DNA of 32,000 bases from Candidatus Saccharimonadota bacterium (GTDB lineage: Bacteria; Patescibacteriota; Gracilibacteria; UBA4473): NCBI GenBank assembly GCA_030429505.1, contig JAUIFI010000001.1:930001-962000 (forward strand), in the 5' to 3' direction. Positions 22,595 through 32,000 of this stretch are shown here, piece by piece (the stretch's first letter is position 1; the number at the start of each line of letters is the position of its first letter). The translations under genes were made by a program, and so were the position numbers. A model generated the notes under the pieces. The model was given only the letters and a program-made list of their open reading frames with translations. It did no database searches and was not told where the DNA came from.

Positions 22595-24787
22595 TTATTG
22601 ATCCGGAGGAATCCCTAAATGCTGAAATAAGAACTGTGCCACTTTCCGAAATGTTACAGCGGCAGTTTCAGATCCCCATTGTGAAGACTTAGGATGGTCA
22701 TATTTGACCAAGATCACAAAAGCTGGTTCTTGGATCGGACCAAACCCAGCAAAAGATGTAATCGTGGTTCCAGCTCCTTCCAGAGCCTTCCCATTTTTAT
22801 AGGTTTGAGATGTACCAGTTTTTCCCATCACTGAATACCCCCATACACCGGCTCCTCTTGCAATACCCTTATTAACTGTATGAAGAAGCATAGCTTTGAC
22901 CGTATTGTACGTGTCATTCGAAATCACGCGACGCACCACTTCAGTATGAAATTTTTTCGAAGTACCATCCGGATACAAAATCTCTTCCACCAATAATGGC
23001 TTCATCAAATACCCACCATTCGCCAAGGCTGAAAATGCCATAACCATCTGCAAAGGAGTAGCGGTTATTCCCTGCCCAAAACCTCTCGTTACTAATTCTG
23101 AAGGGGTCCATTTCTCCCAGAACTCCATCTTTCCTTCTGCCTCACCATCCAATTCAATAAACGTATACTGTCCAAACCCAAAATTTTTCAAATATTCATA
23201 TAAAAGCTGAGCCCCCATTTTTTGGGTAATAAAAGCAATTCCCGTGTTCAGAGATCGACTCAAAACAGAAATCATACTTGTCACTCCAGCATAAACTTTA
23301 TCTGAATTACGAATCTTAAACTCATCTACTTCAATAGGACCATTGTCATTAAAAGTAGTTTGAGGAGTGACTTCATTGGCATTAATCGCAGCAGCCATTG
23401 TTACCGCCTTCATAACAGATCCCGGCTCATACGTGTCAGCGACAATTTTATTTCGAAAAACTCTAGGACCCCATGTATTGAAATATCGAAAGAATTTTCC
23501 TTGCTCAGGATCTTTTATCGTTGGAATTCTTTGATTAAAACCTGGGTCTTCTCTATCAAGAGATTCTCTCTCAGGATCGATTTCATATTGCGCAAAAGCT
23601 TTTTGAAACTCATTCGGATCAAAGGTCGGATAATGTGCCATAGCCAAAATTCTTCCCGTTTTCGGTTCCACCACAATTACCTGACCACTATCAGCCAAAA
23701 ATTGGCTCGTATCCTCTGCCAATATTTTTTCCACCTGTCCTTGAATCACTCGATCCAATGACAAAACAATATCAGCCCCATCATACGCTCGAGAAATTTG
23801 AGAATCTTTTCCCAAAATTTGTTGCCCTCGAGTATTTGTAGCGCCAAAAATTACCCCTTCTTTTCCGGCTAAATCCTGATCAAACCGCCCTTCGATACCA
23901 TACTGTCCACGACCCGTGGCATTGACAAATCCCAATACCTGAGCTGCCAAACTTCGTTCCGGGTAATAGCGCCATTGTTCATCACGAAGCTGAACTCCTC
24001 GTAAAACATCTCTGTATTTAGGATTTTCTTTCAGTTCCAAAATTTTGGTGGAAATATCAGGCTCAATTTTGTTCGTAATCTCCACATATCGTTTTACAGT
24101 TCGTTTTAAATATTCCCGAATGTCGCTTTCAGGGATATTAATCACCGGAGACAATTCTTCAGCCACCTGTTGCTCATCCAAAATTCCTTTGGGATCAGCT
24201 AATAGGCGATCATTTTCAATCCAAATACCCGGCAAATTTAACTTCTCGATCACCTTTATTCTTGATTCAGCCAACCCTTCAATCAAAATAATCCGACGTC
24301 GCTCAAGCTGAGTAAAAAGCTTTTCTAGCTCATTTTGATAAAGATTTACGGCAAACCTTTCCGTTTCTGACCACTTATCAGCATCAAGTTCAATCTCACA
24401 TCCCTCTGCTTTTTCACAATGAGAGTACAAAAGAAGCGGGGCAATGAGCTGAGCCGCTAATACGGGATTTCCTCTCTCCTGTTGAGACAAATCAATATTG
24501 GGATTGTATTTGGGATATGCCAGAACCAAAGGATCCACAAAAAGCATTTTGAGAGTATTATTCGTAGCCAAAGGCGTATATTCATCAATCAACCTATTTT
24601 TTCGTACCAGAATTTTACCGCGTTGTGCTGGCAATATAGAACGTTTTTGGTGTTGAGCCTTAGCTTGTTCGGCAAAACTTTCGTATTCAATCACCTGTAA
24701 ACCAAAAAGTCTTACCACAAATACCACAAAAACCGCCGCAAAAAAAAGCTTCAAAACCCGAATTCGCCGAGAAAAAATATCGAGCAT
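22595..24787 (-). CDS. Class B penicillin-binding protein (PBP2/FtsI-type transpeptidase)
   Basis: 730 aa. It has an N-terminal TM anchor, a dimerisation-domain pattern (…QRGKILVR…), and the three transpeptidase motifs: SxxK (GSVMK), SxN (SRSLN) and KTG (GKTGTS). Confidence 0.9.
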   Translation of the reverse strand: MLDIFSRRIRVLKLFFAAVFVVFVVRLFGLQVIEYESFAEQAKAQHQKRSILPAQRGKILVRKNRLIDEYTPLATNNTLKMLFVDPLVLAYPKYNPNIDLSQQERGNPVLAAQLIAPLLLYSHCEKAEGCEIELDADKWSETERFAVNLYQNELEKLFTQLERRRIILIEGLAESRIKVIEKLNLPGIWIENDRLLADPKGILDEQQVAEELSPVINIPESDIREYLKRTVKRYVEITNKIEPDISTKILELKENPKYRDVLRGVQLRDEQWRYYPERSLAAQVLGFVNATGRGQYGIEGRFDQDLAGKEGVIFGATNTRGQQILGKDSQISRAYDGADIVLSLDRVIQGQVEKILAEDTSQFLADSGQVIVVEPKTGRILAMAHYPTFDPNEFQKAFAQYEIDPERESLDREDPGFNQRIPTIKDPEQGKFFRYFNTWGPRVFRNKIVADTYEPGSVMKAVTMAAAINANEVTPQTTFNDNGPIEVDEFKIRNSDKVYAGVTSMISVLSRSLNTGIAFITQKMGAQLLYEYLKNFGFGQYTFIELDGEAEGKMEFWEKWTPSELVTRGFGQGITATPLQMVMAFSALANGGYLMKPLLVEEILYPDGTSKKFHTEVVRRVISNDTYNTVKAMLLHTVNKGIARGAGVWGYSVMGKTGTSQTYKNGKALEGAGTTITSFAGFGPIQEPAFVILVKYDHPKSSQWGSETAAVTFRKVAQFLFQHLGIPPDQ

Positions 24788-24829
24788 GGCTGAAAGCAGT
24801 GTAGAAAAAAACCCTCAAAAGTCGAGTCC

Positions 24830-26512
24830 TTACACATCAAACTTCTTCTCTGGAGGAATCGGACCCTCTTCTGAAATATCTTCAGATATTTGAGTTTTAA
24901 CTCGAGGAGATTGACGCAATAAAAGTACAATCACTATCACAGGTACAATTAAACCAAGAACTAAACGAACAATCATAAGTATCCCCAATTCATCATAGTC
25001 TTCATTGACTAGGACATTGCCCGCTTCATCCACGACTTCTCTCGTTATCACAAACATCTTATTCAAATACTTTGTCACTATTTCCCGAGCCGTCAAAGCC
25101 AAATTCATCAATGAAGAACCAATAGCAAACCACGTTCCCCGATATCCCGCAGGAGCATAAAAAGCAATCACTGATAACACTGGAATCATAGCAAAATGAT
25201 CCAGTGGACTCTCTAGGGCCGTATCAAAAAGAGCCACAGTTCGAGCATCAATCCCCAGTGCTTCATGAATACCAAAATATAAACCCAGTTCTGGTAAGGA
25301 CATCAACGCTTCAGCCAATACCAAAAAAAGAAGTACGGCTCTCACGGATTTTTTCGTTATAAAATCCGACATCAGCCACAAAAGCAAAAAAGGTATCGTG
25401 TAACTAATCTGCTTCAGTACACCAAAAAAATCCGCATCAAATCCCAAAACATCAATTGCCCACCATTGAACTCCCGGACCGACTTTTGGAATAGCTCGAA
25501 ACACAAATAATGCTATCAAAGTCGAAAACAATATTCCCAGTTTTTTCTCATCCATGTGCCTCGTTATCCACTTCATCATCACAACTAGTAAAACCAATGA
25601 CACAACGAAAACTATCTCCTGAGCATAAAGAAAATCACTAAAAGCCATAAACATCGAAAAGACAGCAAAAATCAGCCCTCCTCCTAAAATTTTCCGATCA
25701 AGCGGTTTTTGTTCATGCTTTTTTGGTTCATCAAGTCGAATAAAGAGCACCCCCAGACAAGAAATAAAAGGAATTCCCAACATCAACCAAAAGATTGATT
25801 CATATGATATACGCTGAGCTAGATACCCACCAAGCCCAACTACTAAAAACAAAGCCAGCATCAAAGACAATCGACCCAATACTTGAACCATGGCGAGATC
25901 AGCCTGAATATCCTTCTCCTTTCTCGGTACCAATTTCCCCTTCTCATTTATTTCCTGCCGATCTACCACTTCCGTTGACATTGTATCCGCCGTTACATCC
26001 TGAATCACAAAGCCAAATGTCAAAAGCAACATCGCCGTTAAATACAGAGAATAATCACTACCAAGTTGAGTTATGATATCGTATCGTCCAGCTAAGCCGC
26101 CCAATAAAGCCACTCCCGCCACCATCAAAATCGCTCCCACAAAAATATACACCTTGCGTCGACTTCCTCCCAAAGCTACCGAATCTACCATCTGACCAAA
26201 AATCATTTTTAGTGTCCAAGGCACCATGGTCCAGACGGAAATAGAAATTAATTGCTCAGCTGACAACGCCAAATCTTCCTTTTCCCAAAACGTCAGTGCA
26301 ATCGCAGAAATTCCAGAGAGTCCATACGAAAAGTAAATCAAAAGCAAAGGAACATAGCGCAATTTTAATGCTTTTATCGGTGTCAAAAATGCTTTCTGAA
26401 ATCTTTGCTTGAGCCACAGTTTCGTATAAGAAATATTCACAGAGACAGTATAGAAGTAGAAAGCCGAAAAAACCAAAAAACAACTACCAATCCCTCTTTT
26501 CTCTATACCCAA
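24830..26512 (-). CDS. MFS-type transporter, folate-biopterin transporter (BT1)-like
   Basis: 560 aa with about 12 TM helices. The N-terminal block LSGISAIALTFWEKEDLALSAEQLISISVWTMVPWTLKMIFGQMVDS resembles the BT1 family signature (…lKddL.ls.a….PW..K.l.G..sD). The annotated start overlaps the comM 3' end by 29 nt, so the true start is uncertain. Confidence 0.5.
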   Translation of the reverse strand: MGIEKRGIGSCFLVFSAFYFYTVSVNISYTKLWLKQRFQKAFLTPIKALKLRYVPLLLIYFSYGLSGISAIALTFWEKEDLALSAEQLISISVWTMVPWTLKMIFGQMVDSVALGGSRRKVYIFVGAILMVAGVALLGGLAGRYDIITQLGSDYSLYLTAMLLLTFGFVIQDVTADTMSTEVVDRQEINEKGKLVPRKEKDIQADLAMVQVLGRLSLMLALFLVVGLGGYLAQRISYESIFWLMLGIPFISCLGVLFIRLDEPKKHEQKPLDRKILGGGLIFAVFSMFMAFSDFLYAQEIVFVVSLVLLVVMMKWITRHMDEKKLGILFSTLIALFVFRAIPKVGPGVQWWAIDVLGFDADFFGVLKQISYTIPFLLLWLMSDFITKKSVRAVLLFLVLAEALMSLPELGLYFGIHEALGIDARTVALFDTALESPLDHFAMIPVLSVIAFYAPAGYRGTWFAIGSSLMNLALTAREIVTKYLNKMFVITREVVDEAGNVLVNEDYDELGILMIVRLVLGLIVPVIVIVLLLRQSPRVKTQISEDISEEGPIPPEKKFDV

Positions 26513-28007
26513 TCGCCTCTGCCAAATGAGGCACCTCTATAGACTCAGACTCCGCCAAATCCGCAATAGTTCGTGCCAGTTTCAAAATTCTGTAAAACGC
26601 TCGACCACTCAGATCCATCTGTTCAACCGCAGAACGAAGGAGTTTCTGTCCTTCTTCATCTACTTTGCAGAATTGTTTCACCAAAGGCGTATTCATCTCA
26701 GCATTAGAATGAATCTTTTGTCCCGTAAACCGCTTGCGCTGAAAATCTCGAGCCTTATGCACACGATCACGGATTACAGCCGACGATTCTCCGGGCTTAA
26801 TTTCCGATAATTTCTCAAACGGAATCTGTGGTACTTCGACATGGAGATCAATCCAATCCAAAATCGGTCCCGAGATTTTACTTCGATAACGCTGTATTTG
26901 TTGTGGCGTAGATGTAGACCGTTCATCATTAGGAAAATACCCATCTGGAGTCGGATTCATGGCTGCTACGAGCATTATTTGTGCCGGAAACGTACACGAT
27001 CCAGATGCTCTGGAAATTGTAATCACCCCATCTTCGATCGGCTGACGCAAAACTTCCAAGGTTTTTTGTGGAAATTCAGCAAATTCATCGAGAAAAAGCA
27101 CCCCTCTATGGGCCAGAGAAATTTCACCAGGTTTTGGCGGATTTCCACCACCCACAATCGCTACACCACTCGCCGTATGATGCACAGATCGAAAAGGTCT
27201 CGTATTGATAATAGGAGAATCAGTATTCGTAAGCCCCGCTATCGAATGAATTTTGGTGATTTCTAAAGCTTCTTCCAGAGTTATTTTGGGTAAAATAGTA
27301 GCAAAAGATTGGGCCAACATCGTTTTTCCAGATCCGGGAGGTCCCACCATCAACATATTATGTCCTCCAGCAGCTGCAATCTCCAGAGCACGTTTCGCAT
27401 GTTCTTGCCCTCGGATATGTTGCATATCAAAAGTTCCTTCTTCGGTCTGTTCGAGATCATTGAATTCACCCGCTACATGGGGTTCCAGAGTTTTGATCTG
27501 AGAAAAATGATCACAAATTTGACGTAGAGATTCAACAGCAAATATATCAATGTCTGGAATCAGACTCGCTTCATCAATATTCGATAAAGGTAGATAAACA
27601 CCACGAAATCCTTTTTCCCGAGCCGTAGTCACACTAGGCAAAATTCCAGAAATACCTCGCAGATCCCCTTTGAAACTCAACTCTCCCAGATAAATATCCT
27701 TTTCCCAGTCAACTGGAGGTGTGATCTGCCCTGTCGCATGTAAAATCCCCAGTGCAATCGGCAGGTCAAATCGCGATCCCTGTTTTTTCAAATCTGCTGG
27801 AGCCAGGTTGACCGAAATTTTTCCGCGAGGAAACTGAAATCCAGAATTTTTAATCGCTGATCTCACTCTCTCCTTCGCTTCCTGCACAGCAGTATCAGCT
27901 AGCCCCACAATCGAAAAAGTCGGTAGTCCTCGATGCAAATCAACCTCGATTTCCACAACTTCTCCCTCCAACCCCACTAACGTCAACGTCTTAAGTTTTG
28001 CGAGCAT
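26484..28007 (-). CDS. comM: YifB/ComM family Mg-chelatase-like AAA+ ATPase
   Basis: 507 aa. It shows an N-terminal Lon-like domain (LVGLEGEVVEIEVDLHRGLPTFSIVGLADTAVQEAKERV), Walker A GPPGSGKT, Walker B VLFLDEF, and a C-terminal …SGRAFYRILKLARTIADL. Confidence 0.9.
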   Translation of the reverse strand: MLAKLKTLTLVGLEGEVVEIEVDLHRGLPTFSIVGLADTAVQEAKERVRSAIKNSGFQFPRGKISVNLAPADLKKQGSRFDLPIALGILHATGQITPPVDWEKDIYLGELSFKGDLRGISGILPSVTTAREKGFRGVYLPLSNIDEASLIPDIDIFAVESLRQICDHFSQIKTLEPHVAGEFNDLEQTEEGTFDMQHIRGQEHAKRALEIAAAGGHNMLMVGPPGSGKTMLAQSFATILPKITLEEALEITKIHSIAGLTNTDSPIINTRPFRSVHHTASGVAIVGGGNPPKPGEISLAHRGVLFLDEFAEFPQKTLEVLRQPIEDGVITISRASGSCTFPAQIMLVAAMNPTPDGYFPNDERSTSTPQQIQRYRSKISGPILDWIDLHVEVPQIPFEKLSEIKPGESSAVIRDRVHKARDFQRKRFTGQKIHSNAEMNTPLVKQFCKVDEEGQKLLRSAVEQMDLSGRAFYRILKLARTIADLAESESIEVPHLAEAIGYREKRDW

Positions 28008-28106
28008 GTTCCTGCTCGATAGTTAAAGGGATGTATGAAAAAGACGCAAAAGCAAAAATTCATTTTACTTTCATATTTTCAAGTGCAACACACAGAATTA
28101 AATCTT

Positions 28107-28511
28107 TTACACTTGTCCATTTAATGACACAGCGCTTGCTTTCAATTGATCTATTTGTTTTTCGGTTAATTCTCCTTCAGGAAAGTTTTTTACAAGCGAT
28201 TCAATAAGACCAACCTTAGCTATCTTCTTGGAATCTTGAGATCCTCTTATTACAGCAAGGCATTCATCGTAATGAGGAAAAAGAGGAGTGCTTTCTTCTA
28301 TTCTCGAGCGTGTACCGCTATAATCTACTATTTCTTCGATAACGTTTATAGCTGCTCGACGAAAAATTATCAAAGAATCGTCTATATCCTGCGAAGTAAG
28401 TCTTCCTTCTCTCACAAGAGAGATAGGCTTCTGTAATCTTTCATCAACACCTTCAATAACTTCACTCATAGAAAAACCATTATTATGTGTGTAATTTAAT
28501 AACTTTTTCAT
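28107..28511 (-). CDS. Hypothetical protein (134 aa)
   Basis: An ORF in the same orientation as its neighbours. It is soluble, with no motif recognised. Confidence 0.5.
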   Translation of the reverse strand: MKKLLNYTHNNGFSMSEVIEGVDERLQKPISLVREGRLTSQDIDDSLIIFRRAAINVIEEIVDYSGTRSRIEESTPLFPHYDECLAVIRGSQDSKKIAKVGLIESLVKNFPEGELTEKQIDQLKASAVSLNGQV

Positions 28512-28631
28512 TTAATTTGTCAAGAAGTCTTTGTATCGAGATAATTCAAAACATTTCGAATAACAAAGAAAACACGTTCCGACAAAAGTAAAAAAATTAG
28601 CCGAGTGAATTTATATCTTTTTGTTCCATCT

Positions 28632-28913
28632 TTAATAAACACAAAGCAATACTTTGATCCAAGCAAAAACAAAAAAAACGTTTGCCATATGGGTAATCCA
28701 ATACCAGTTATTTGCTGTGCCATCTTTGCGAAATATCCACTCAAAAAATTTATAAAAAACATGGGTAGTGACGCCAAACGCAAACGTAACCAGTCCATAA
28801 TAAATATATTTTTCGTCAAAAACTAAACTAAAAACAGCAAACGTTCCCCCCATTATGGCAATATTTAGCTGCCATGTAAACTCATTGAGATTAATGATAT
28901 TAAACTTATTCAT
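28632..28913 (-). CDS. Hypothetical small membrane protein (93 aa); frame assignment uncertain
   Basis: Hydrophobic segments are GGTFAVFSLVF, YGLVTFAFGVTTHVF and WITHMANVFFVFAWIKVLLCV. A second, overlapping frame (28520-28819) is also open and hydrophobic across a T8 run (plus-strand A8 at 28671-28678). Confidence 0.4.
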   Translation of the reverse strand: MNKFNIINLNEFTWQLNIAIMGGTFAVFSLVFDEKYIYYGLVTFAFGVTTHVFYKFFEWIFRKDGTANNWYWITHMANVFFVFAWIKVLLCVY

Positions 28914-28924
28914 GCCGATAGATG

Positions 28925-29560
28925 TTAAATCTTCTGAAATTGCTGAATAAATCCCTCTCTCTCTTCGACACTTTTTTCCATCAAAAAACTCCCCACCGCC
29001 ACAATGTCTGCACCAGCTTTTTTCAATTCCATAGCATTCTCCAAATTCACCCCACCGTCAACTTCTATTTCGCCCTTGAAGCCTCGTTTTCGCAAGGTTT
29101 TTATTTTCTCCAAAGATTCTCGCATAAAAGACTGCCCTCCAAAACCAGATTTAACCGACATCACCAAAATCTGATCTGCTGCACGTAAAATCTCATCACT
29201 CAGCCAATCAGGAGATGTGTAGCCATCCAGAGCAATGCCAGAGCGAATTTGTATAGATTTCAAGGTGTCTAAAATCTCCAATGCTTTTGGAATACCGGTA
29301 TTTTCTATGTGAAAGATGAGTCCTGACACCCCCAGCTCCAAAAGATCTTCAAAAAAATATTCCGGATTATTGACCATCAAGTGTGCCTCGATTTCCACCG
29401 GAAAATCAATGTCACTCAAGACCGGAAGTCCAAAACTTAAGTTTGGTACGTAATGACCGTCCATTATATCCAGATGAATCCGGTCTGCTCCCATCAATGA
29501 ATTTACTTCACTTTGCAAAGTCTGAAAATTGGCATCCAAAAGCGAAGCAGAAATTTTCAT
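28925..29560 (-). CDS. rpe: Ribulose-phosphate 3-epimerase
   Basis: 211 aa. Diagnostic blocks are ISASLLDANF…HLDIMDGHYVPNLSFG, …EAHLMV…, …MSVKSGFGGQSF… and …EVDGGVN…. Confidence 0.93.
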   Translation of the reverse strand: MKISASLLDANFQTLQSEVNSLMGADRIHLDIMDGHYVPNLSFGLPVLSDIDFPVEIEAHLMVNNPEYFFEDLLELGVSGLIFHIENTGIPKALEILDTLKSIQIRSGIALDGYTSPDWLSDEILRAADQILVMSVKSGFGGQSFMRESLEKIKTLRKRGFKGEIEVDGGVNLENAMELKKAGADIVAVGSFLMEKSVEEREGFIQQFQKI

Positions 29561-29597
29561 TTGTTCCCATTGTATGGTAAAAGATGATGGAAAAGAA

Positions 29598-32000
29598 ATG
29601 AAAATTCGGACCTTTCGTTATCGCCGAAGAAGATTTGAAGGCTTGAGAAATATTATTTCTCGACTTTTTAATCGAAAAAATAAATCATGGAAGCCTAAAA
29701 AACAACGATCATGGAAAACATTTTTCCTGAAATGGGGAGGAGGAATCTTTGTTGCAATCTTTTTGTACGGCTGGATTTTTTTGCCATCCGTGGACGATGC
29801 TGATCAATTAGCTTTTTCTGAATCTACCATTATCTATGACCGAGGCGCTCTGGATCCAACGGAAAATCCCAATGATCACATCCTCTACGTCATCCATGGC
29901 GACGAAAACCGCGAATATATTCCATTAGATGAAATTCCTCAGCATGTCAAAGACGCTACTATTGCCATTGAAGATGATGGTTTTTACCGACACTTTGGCT
30001 TTGATATTGGGGCCATTGTCAAAGCTACGCTTAATCATTTCTTCGGAATCGGTTCTGCTCGAGGAGGGTCTACTATTACCCAGCAACTCGTCAAAAATAC
30101 CTTTCTGTCTCGAGAAAGGACTGTCACTCGGAAGTTTAATGAACTTCTTCTCTCGATGAAAGTCGAGTGGTATTATACCAAAGACGAAATTTTAGAACTC
30201 TATCTCAATAATATTCCCTATGGCAACAATGCTCATGGTGTCGAAGCCGCCGCCAAGACCTTTTTCGATAAATCAGCTCGGGATTTGACCTTGGCCGAAG
30301 CAGCGGTTCTCGCAAGTCTTCCTGTAGCACCAACCAGATTTTCCCCTTATGGTTCCAATAAAGATTCACTCATGGGATTTTATGAATACGAAGAAGGGGA
30401 AGAAGAAAAAGTTTACAAAAAAGGACGAAAAGATTTAGTTCTCGAACGAATGTTGGATCTGGACATGATTACAGAAGAAGAATTTAAACAAGCCTGGGCA
30501 GAGTCAGGCACTCTTGAATTTAGACGTGCTCGCATTGATATCAAAGCGCCACATTTTGTCTTTTACGTTCGGGAAAAAATGGAAGAAAAATACGGGAAAG
30601 AATTTATTAAAAGTGGTGGACTCAGGATCTACACAACTTTGGATCCAGAATTACAACAAATAGCCGAAGACACTATTGAGACTAAATCTGCCGGATATCT
30701 GGAAACGTACGGGGCACAAAATGTCGCCATGACTGCCATTAATAACGACACCGGAGAAATTCTGGCGTATATCGGTGGGAAAGACTTTTTTGACCAAGAA
30801 CGAGATGGACAAGTTGATGTTCTGACTTCTCGTCGCCAGCCAGGTTCCAGCTTCAAACCTTTTACGTACGCTGCAGCCTTTGAAAAAGGCTATAACCCAT
30901 CCACGTTAGTTTTTGATGTTGAAACAGATTTTGGTGGTAATTACCAGCCGCAAAATTTTGACGGAAATTTTCTCGGTCCTGTTTCTTTACGAGAAGCACT
31001 TAATCGCAGTCTCAATATTCCGGCTATTAAAGTTGCTTATCTGGCTGATCCTATAAACGTCTTAAAGCTAGCCGAAAAGCTTGGTATTCTTTTCGAAGGT
31101 TCCGCCGAACGACATGGAGTAGCTGTGGGAGTGGGAGTAGCAGAAGTTGAACCCCTGTCTCACATCAATGCCTACCAAGCTTTTGCCGGAGATGGAACTT
31201 ATCACGAGATTACCGCCATCCTCGAAGTTCAGGATTCAGAAGGAAACGTACTAGAAACATTCGATCCGGATAAAACTAAGAGAGATGGGCTAGACCCAGA
31301 AATCGCCGGACTCGTTCGTCATATTCTCACTGATGAATCCACGAGACCCACAACAGATGATTTTGATTGGAATATTTTACTTCAACTCCCCGGACTCAAT
31401 AACGGTTCTAAAACAGGTACTTCAAACCGAACTGCCGAAAATCCCAACTTCAATGAAGAAGAACCTGAAGATGAAGAAAACAACCCTCGCTTTATCACAG
31501 TTCCAGGAGATTCATGGACCATCGGTTTTACCCCACATCTAGTTTCTGGTGTCTGGGTGGGTAACAATCGAGGAGAACCCATGAAATCAGGCGCTACAGG
31601 ACTTACTGTAGCCGCTCCTATCTGGAAAAATTTTATGGTTCGGGCCCATGAAGCACTCATAGAAAAAGGAGCAAAAAAAGACAAAGTCTACAATGAACCC
31701 AAACCACTTGAAGTGCGTAAAATAAACAAATTTTCCGGAAAAATTGCGACCGACAGAACCCCCAAGAACTTAGTGAAGGAAGAGGTCTTTGCCAGCTTCG
31801 CTGTCCCCACAGAACTCGATACCTCAGTTCAGACCATCAATATCGACAAAAAAACCGGACGCAGAGCCGAATCCTCTACGCCTTTCTATTCTCGCACACA
31901 GAAATTTGCCCTCACTGGACTTCAATCTATCAGACCCAACCTTCCCAATTGGCAAAAACCCGTAGAAGAATGGCTCCATGATCATCCTCGTTTTCTCACA
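29598..32000 (+). CDS. Class A penicillin-binding protein (PBP1A-type bifunctional transglycosylase/transpeptidase); the 3' end runs off the window
   Basis: Absent from the ORF track because it is open to the window end. Hand translation starts MKIRTFRYRRRRFEG…WGGGIFVAIFLYGWIF (TM anchor). The GT51 motifs are EDDGFYRHFGFD, GGSTITQQLVKN and RKFNELLLSMKVE. The transpeptidase motifs are SSFK, SLN and KTGT. An alternative in-frame ATG lies at 29574. Confidence 0.92.
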   Translation, partial: MKIRTFRYRRRRFEGLRNIISRLFNRKNKSWKPKKQRSWKTFFLKWGGGIFVAIFLYGWIFLPSVDDADQLAFSESTIIYDRGALDPTENPNDHILYVIHGDENREYIPLDEIPQHVKDATIAIEDDGFYRHFGFDIGAIVKATLNHFFGIGSARGGSTITQQLVKNTFLSRERTVTRKFNELLLSMKVEWYYTKDEILELYLNNIPYGNNAHGVEAAAKTFFDKSARDLTLAEAAVLASLPVAPTRFSPYGSNKDSLMGFYEYEEGEEEKVYKKGRKDLVLERMLDLDMITEEEFKQAWAESGTLEFRRARIDIKAPHFVFYVREKMEEKYGKEFIKSGGLRIYTTLDPELQQIAEDTIETKSAGYLETYGAQNVAMTAINNDTGEILAYIGGKDFFDQERDGQVDVLTSRRQPGSSFKPFTYAAAFEKGYNPSTLVFDVETDFGGNYQPQNFDGNFLGPVSLREALNRSLNIPAIKVAYLADPINVLKLAEKLGILFEGSAERHGVAVGVGVAEVEPLSHINAYQAFAGDGTYHEITAILEVQDSEGNVLETFDPDKTKRDGLDPEIAGLVRHILTDESTRPTTDDFDWNILLQLPGLNNGSKTGTSNRTAENPNFNEEEPEDEENNPRFITVPGDSWTIGFTPHLVSGVWVGNNRGEPMKSGATGLTVAAPIWKNFMVRAHEALIEKGAKKDKVYNEPKPLEVRKINKFSGKIATDRTPKNLVKEEVFASFAVPTELDTSVQTINIDKKTGRRAESSTPFYSRTQKFALTGLQSIRPNLPNWQKPVEEWLHDHPRFLT

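Noticed and set aside
7030-28106. I scanned the intergenic gaps (7030-7224, 10257-10365, 12325-12410, 15082-15182, 16245-16464, 20918-21075, 28008-28106) for tRNA, rRNA or other structured RNA genes.
   Set aside because: All are AT-rich, with no cloverleaf-compatible GC-rich stems and no rRNA-like sequence. Only promoters, repeats and terminators were found.
29561-29597. The gap between the divergent rpe and PBP1A starts is very short: 37 nt, or 13 nt if the ATG at 29574 is used. This leaves no room for two promoters.
   Set aside because: I found no recognisable promoter elements to analyse, and the promoters may simply lie within the neighbouring coding regions. Noted but not interpretable from sequence alone.
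31422-31508. A 29-aa acidic segment (SNRTAENPNFNEEEPEDEENNPRFITVPG) between the KTGT motif and the D-W-x-GFTP block of the class A PBP looked like an unusual insertion.
   Set aside because: As I recall, this loop varies in length among class A PBPs; pneumococcal PBP1a, for example, has a long segment here. It is probably ordinary family variation.

Overview
This is an AT-rich, gene-dense 32-kb bacterial chromosomal window. It reads cleanly in the standard genetic code; for example, gap and the GT4 gene both end in TGA. I count 27 protein genes, 22 of them on the minus strand, and see no rRNA, tRNA or CRISPR array.

Two genes run off the window edges and are missing from the supplied ORF track, so I translated them by hand. 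They are a FISUMP-domain surface protein (1-2297, minus) and a class A PBP (29598-32000, plus).

Core content:
- gap, rpe, an M24B peptidase, and class A and class B PBPs
- secY, located outside any ribosomal-protein operon
- comM/yifB and a dprA split by a +1 frameshift in an A8 run
- a BT1-like MFS transporter
- an envelope-glycan module: FdtA-like ketoisomerase, GT2-GT4 fusion, Wzm/Wzt-type ABC exporter and a GT4

The gene set, the ORFans, the mostly Shine-Dalgarno-free start sites and the FISUMP/Cys-rich surface protein suggest an uncultivated low-GC lineage, possibly CPR/Patescibacteria-like. That placement is inference only.

Most noteworthy observations:
1. A family of REP-like repeats with conserved termini (GTCATYCYGA ... 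AGRATCT) occurs at 6 or more sites. The stems show compensatory substitutions. One copy is embedded in-frame exactly at the GT2-GT4 junction. Two diverged copies in inverted orientation bracket a small GIY-YIG nuclease gene, making a candidate nuclease-plus-repeat selfish unit analogous to RAYT/REP.
2. A roughly 6.8-kb ORFan locus contains an 872-aa protein with a re-entrant-type hydrophobic hairpin, a 136-aa acidic partner and a 1017-aa K/E-rich protein. Near-consensus promoters drive it, and I can assign no motif to any of the three proteins.

All functional calls rest on motif recognition by eye. No database search or computation was possible.
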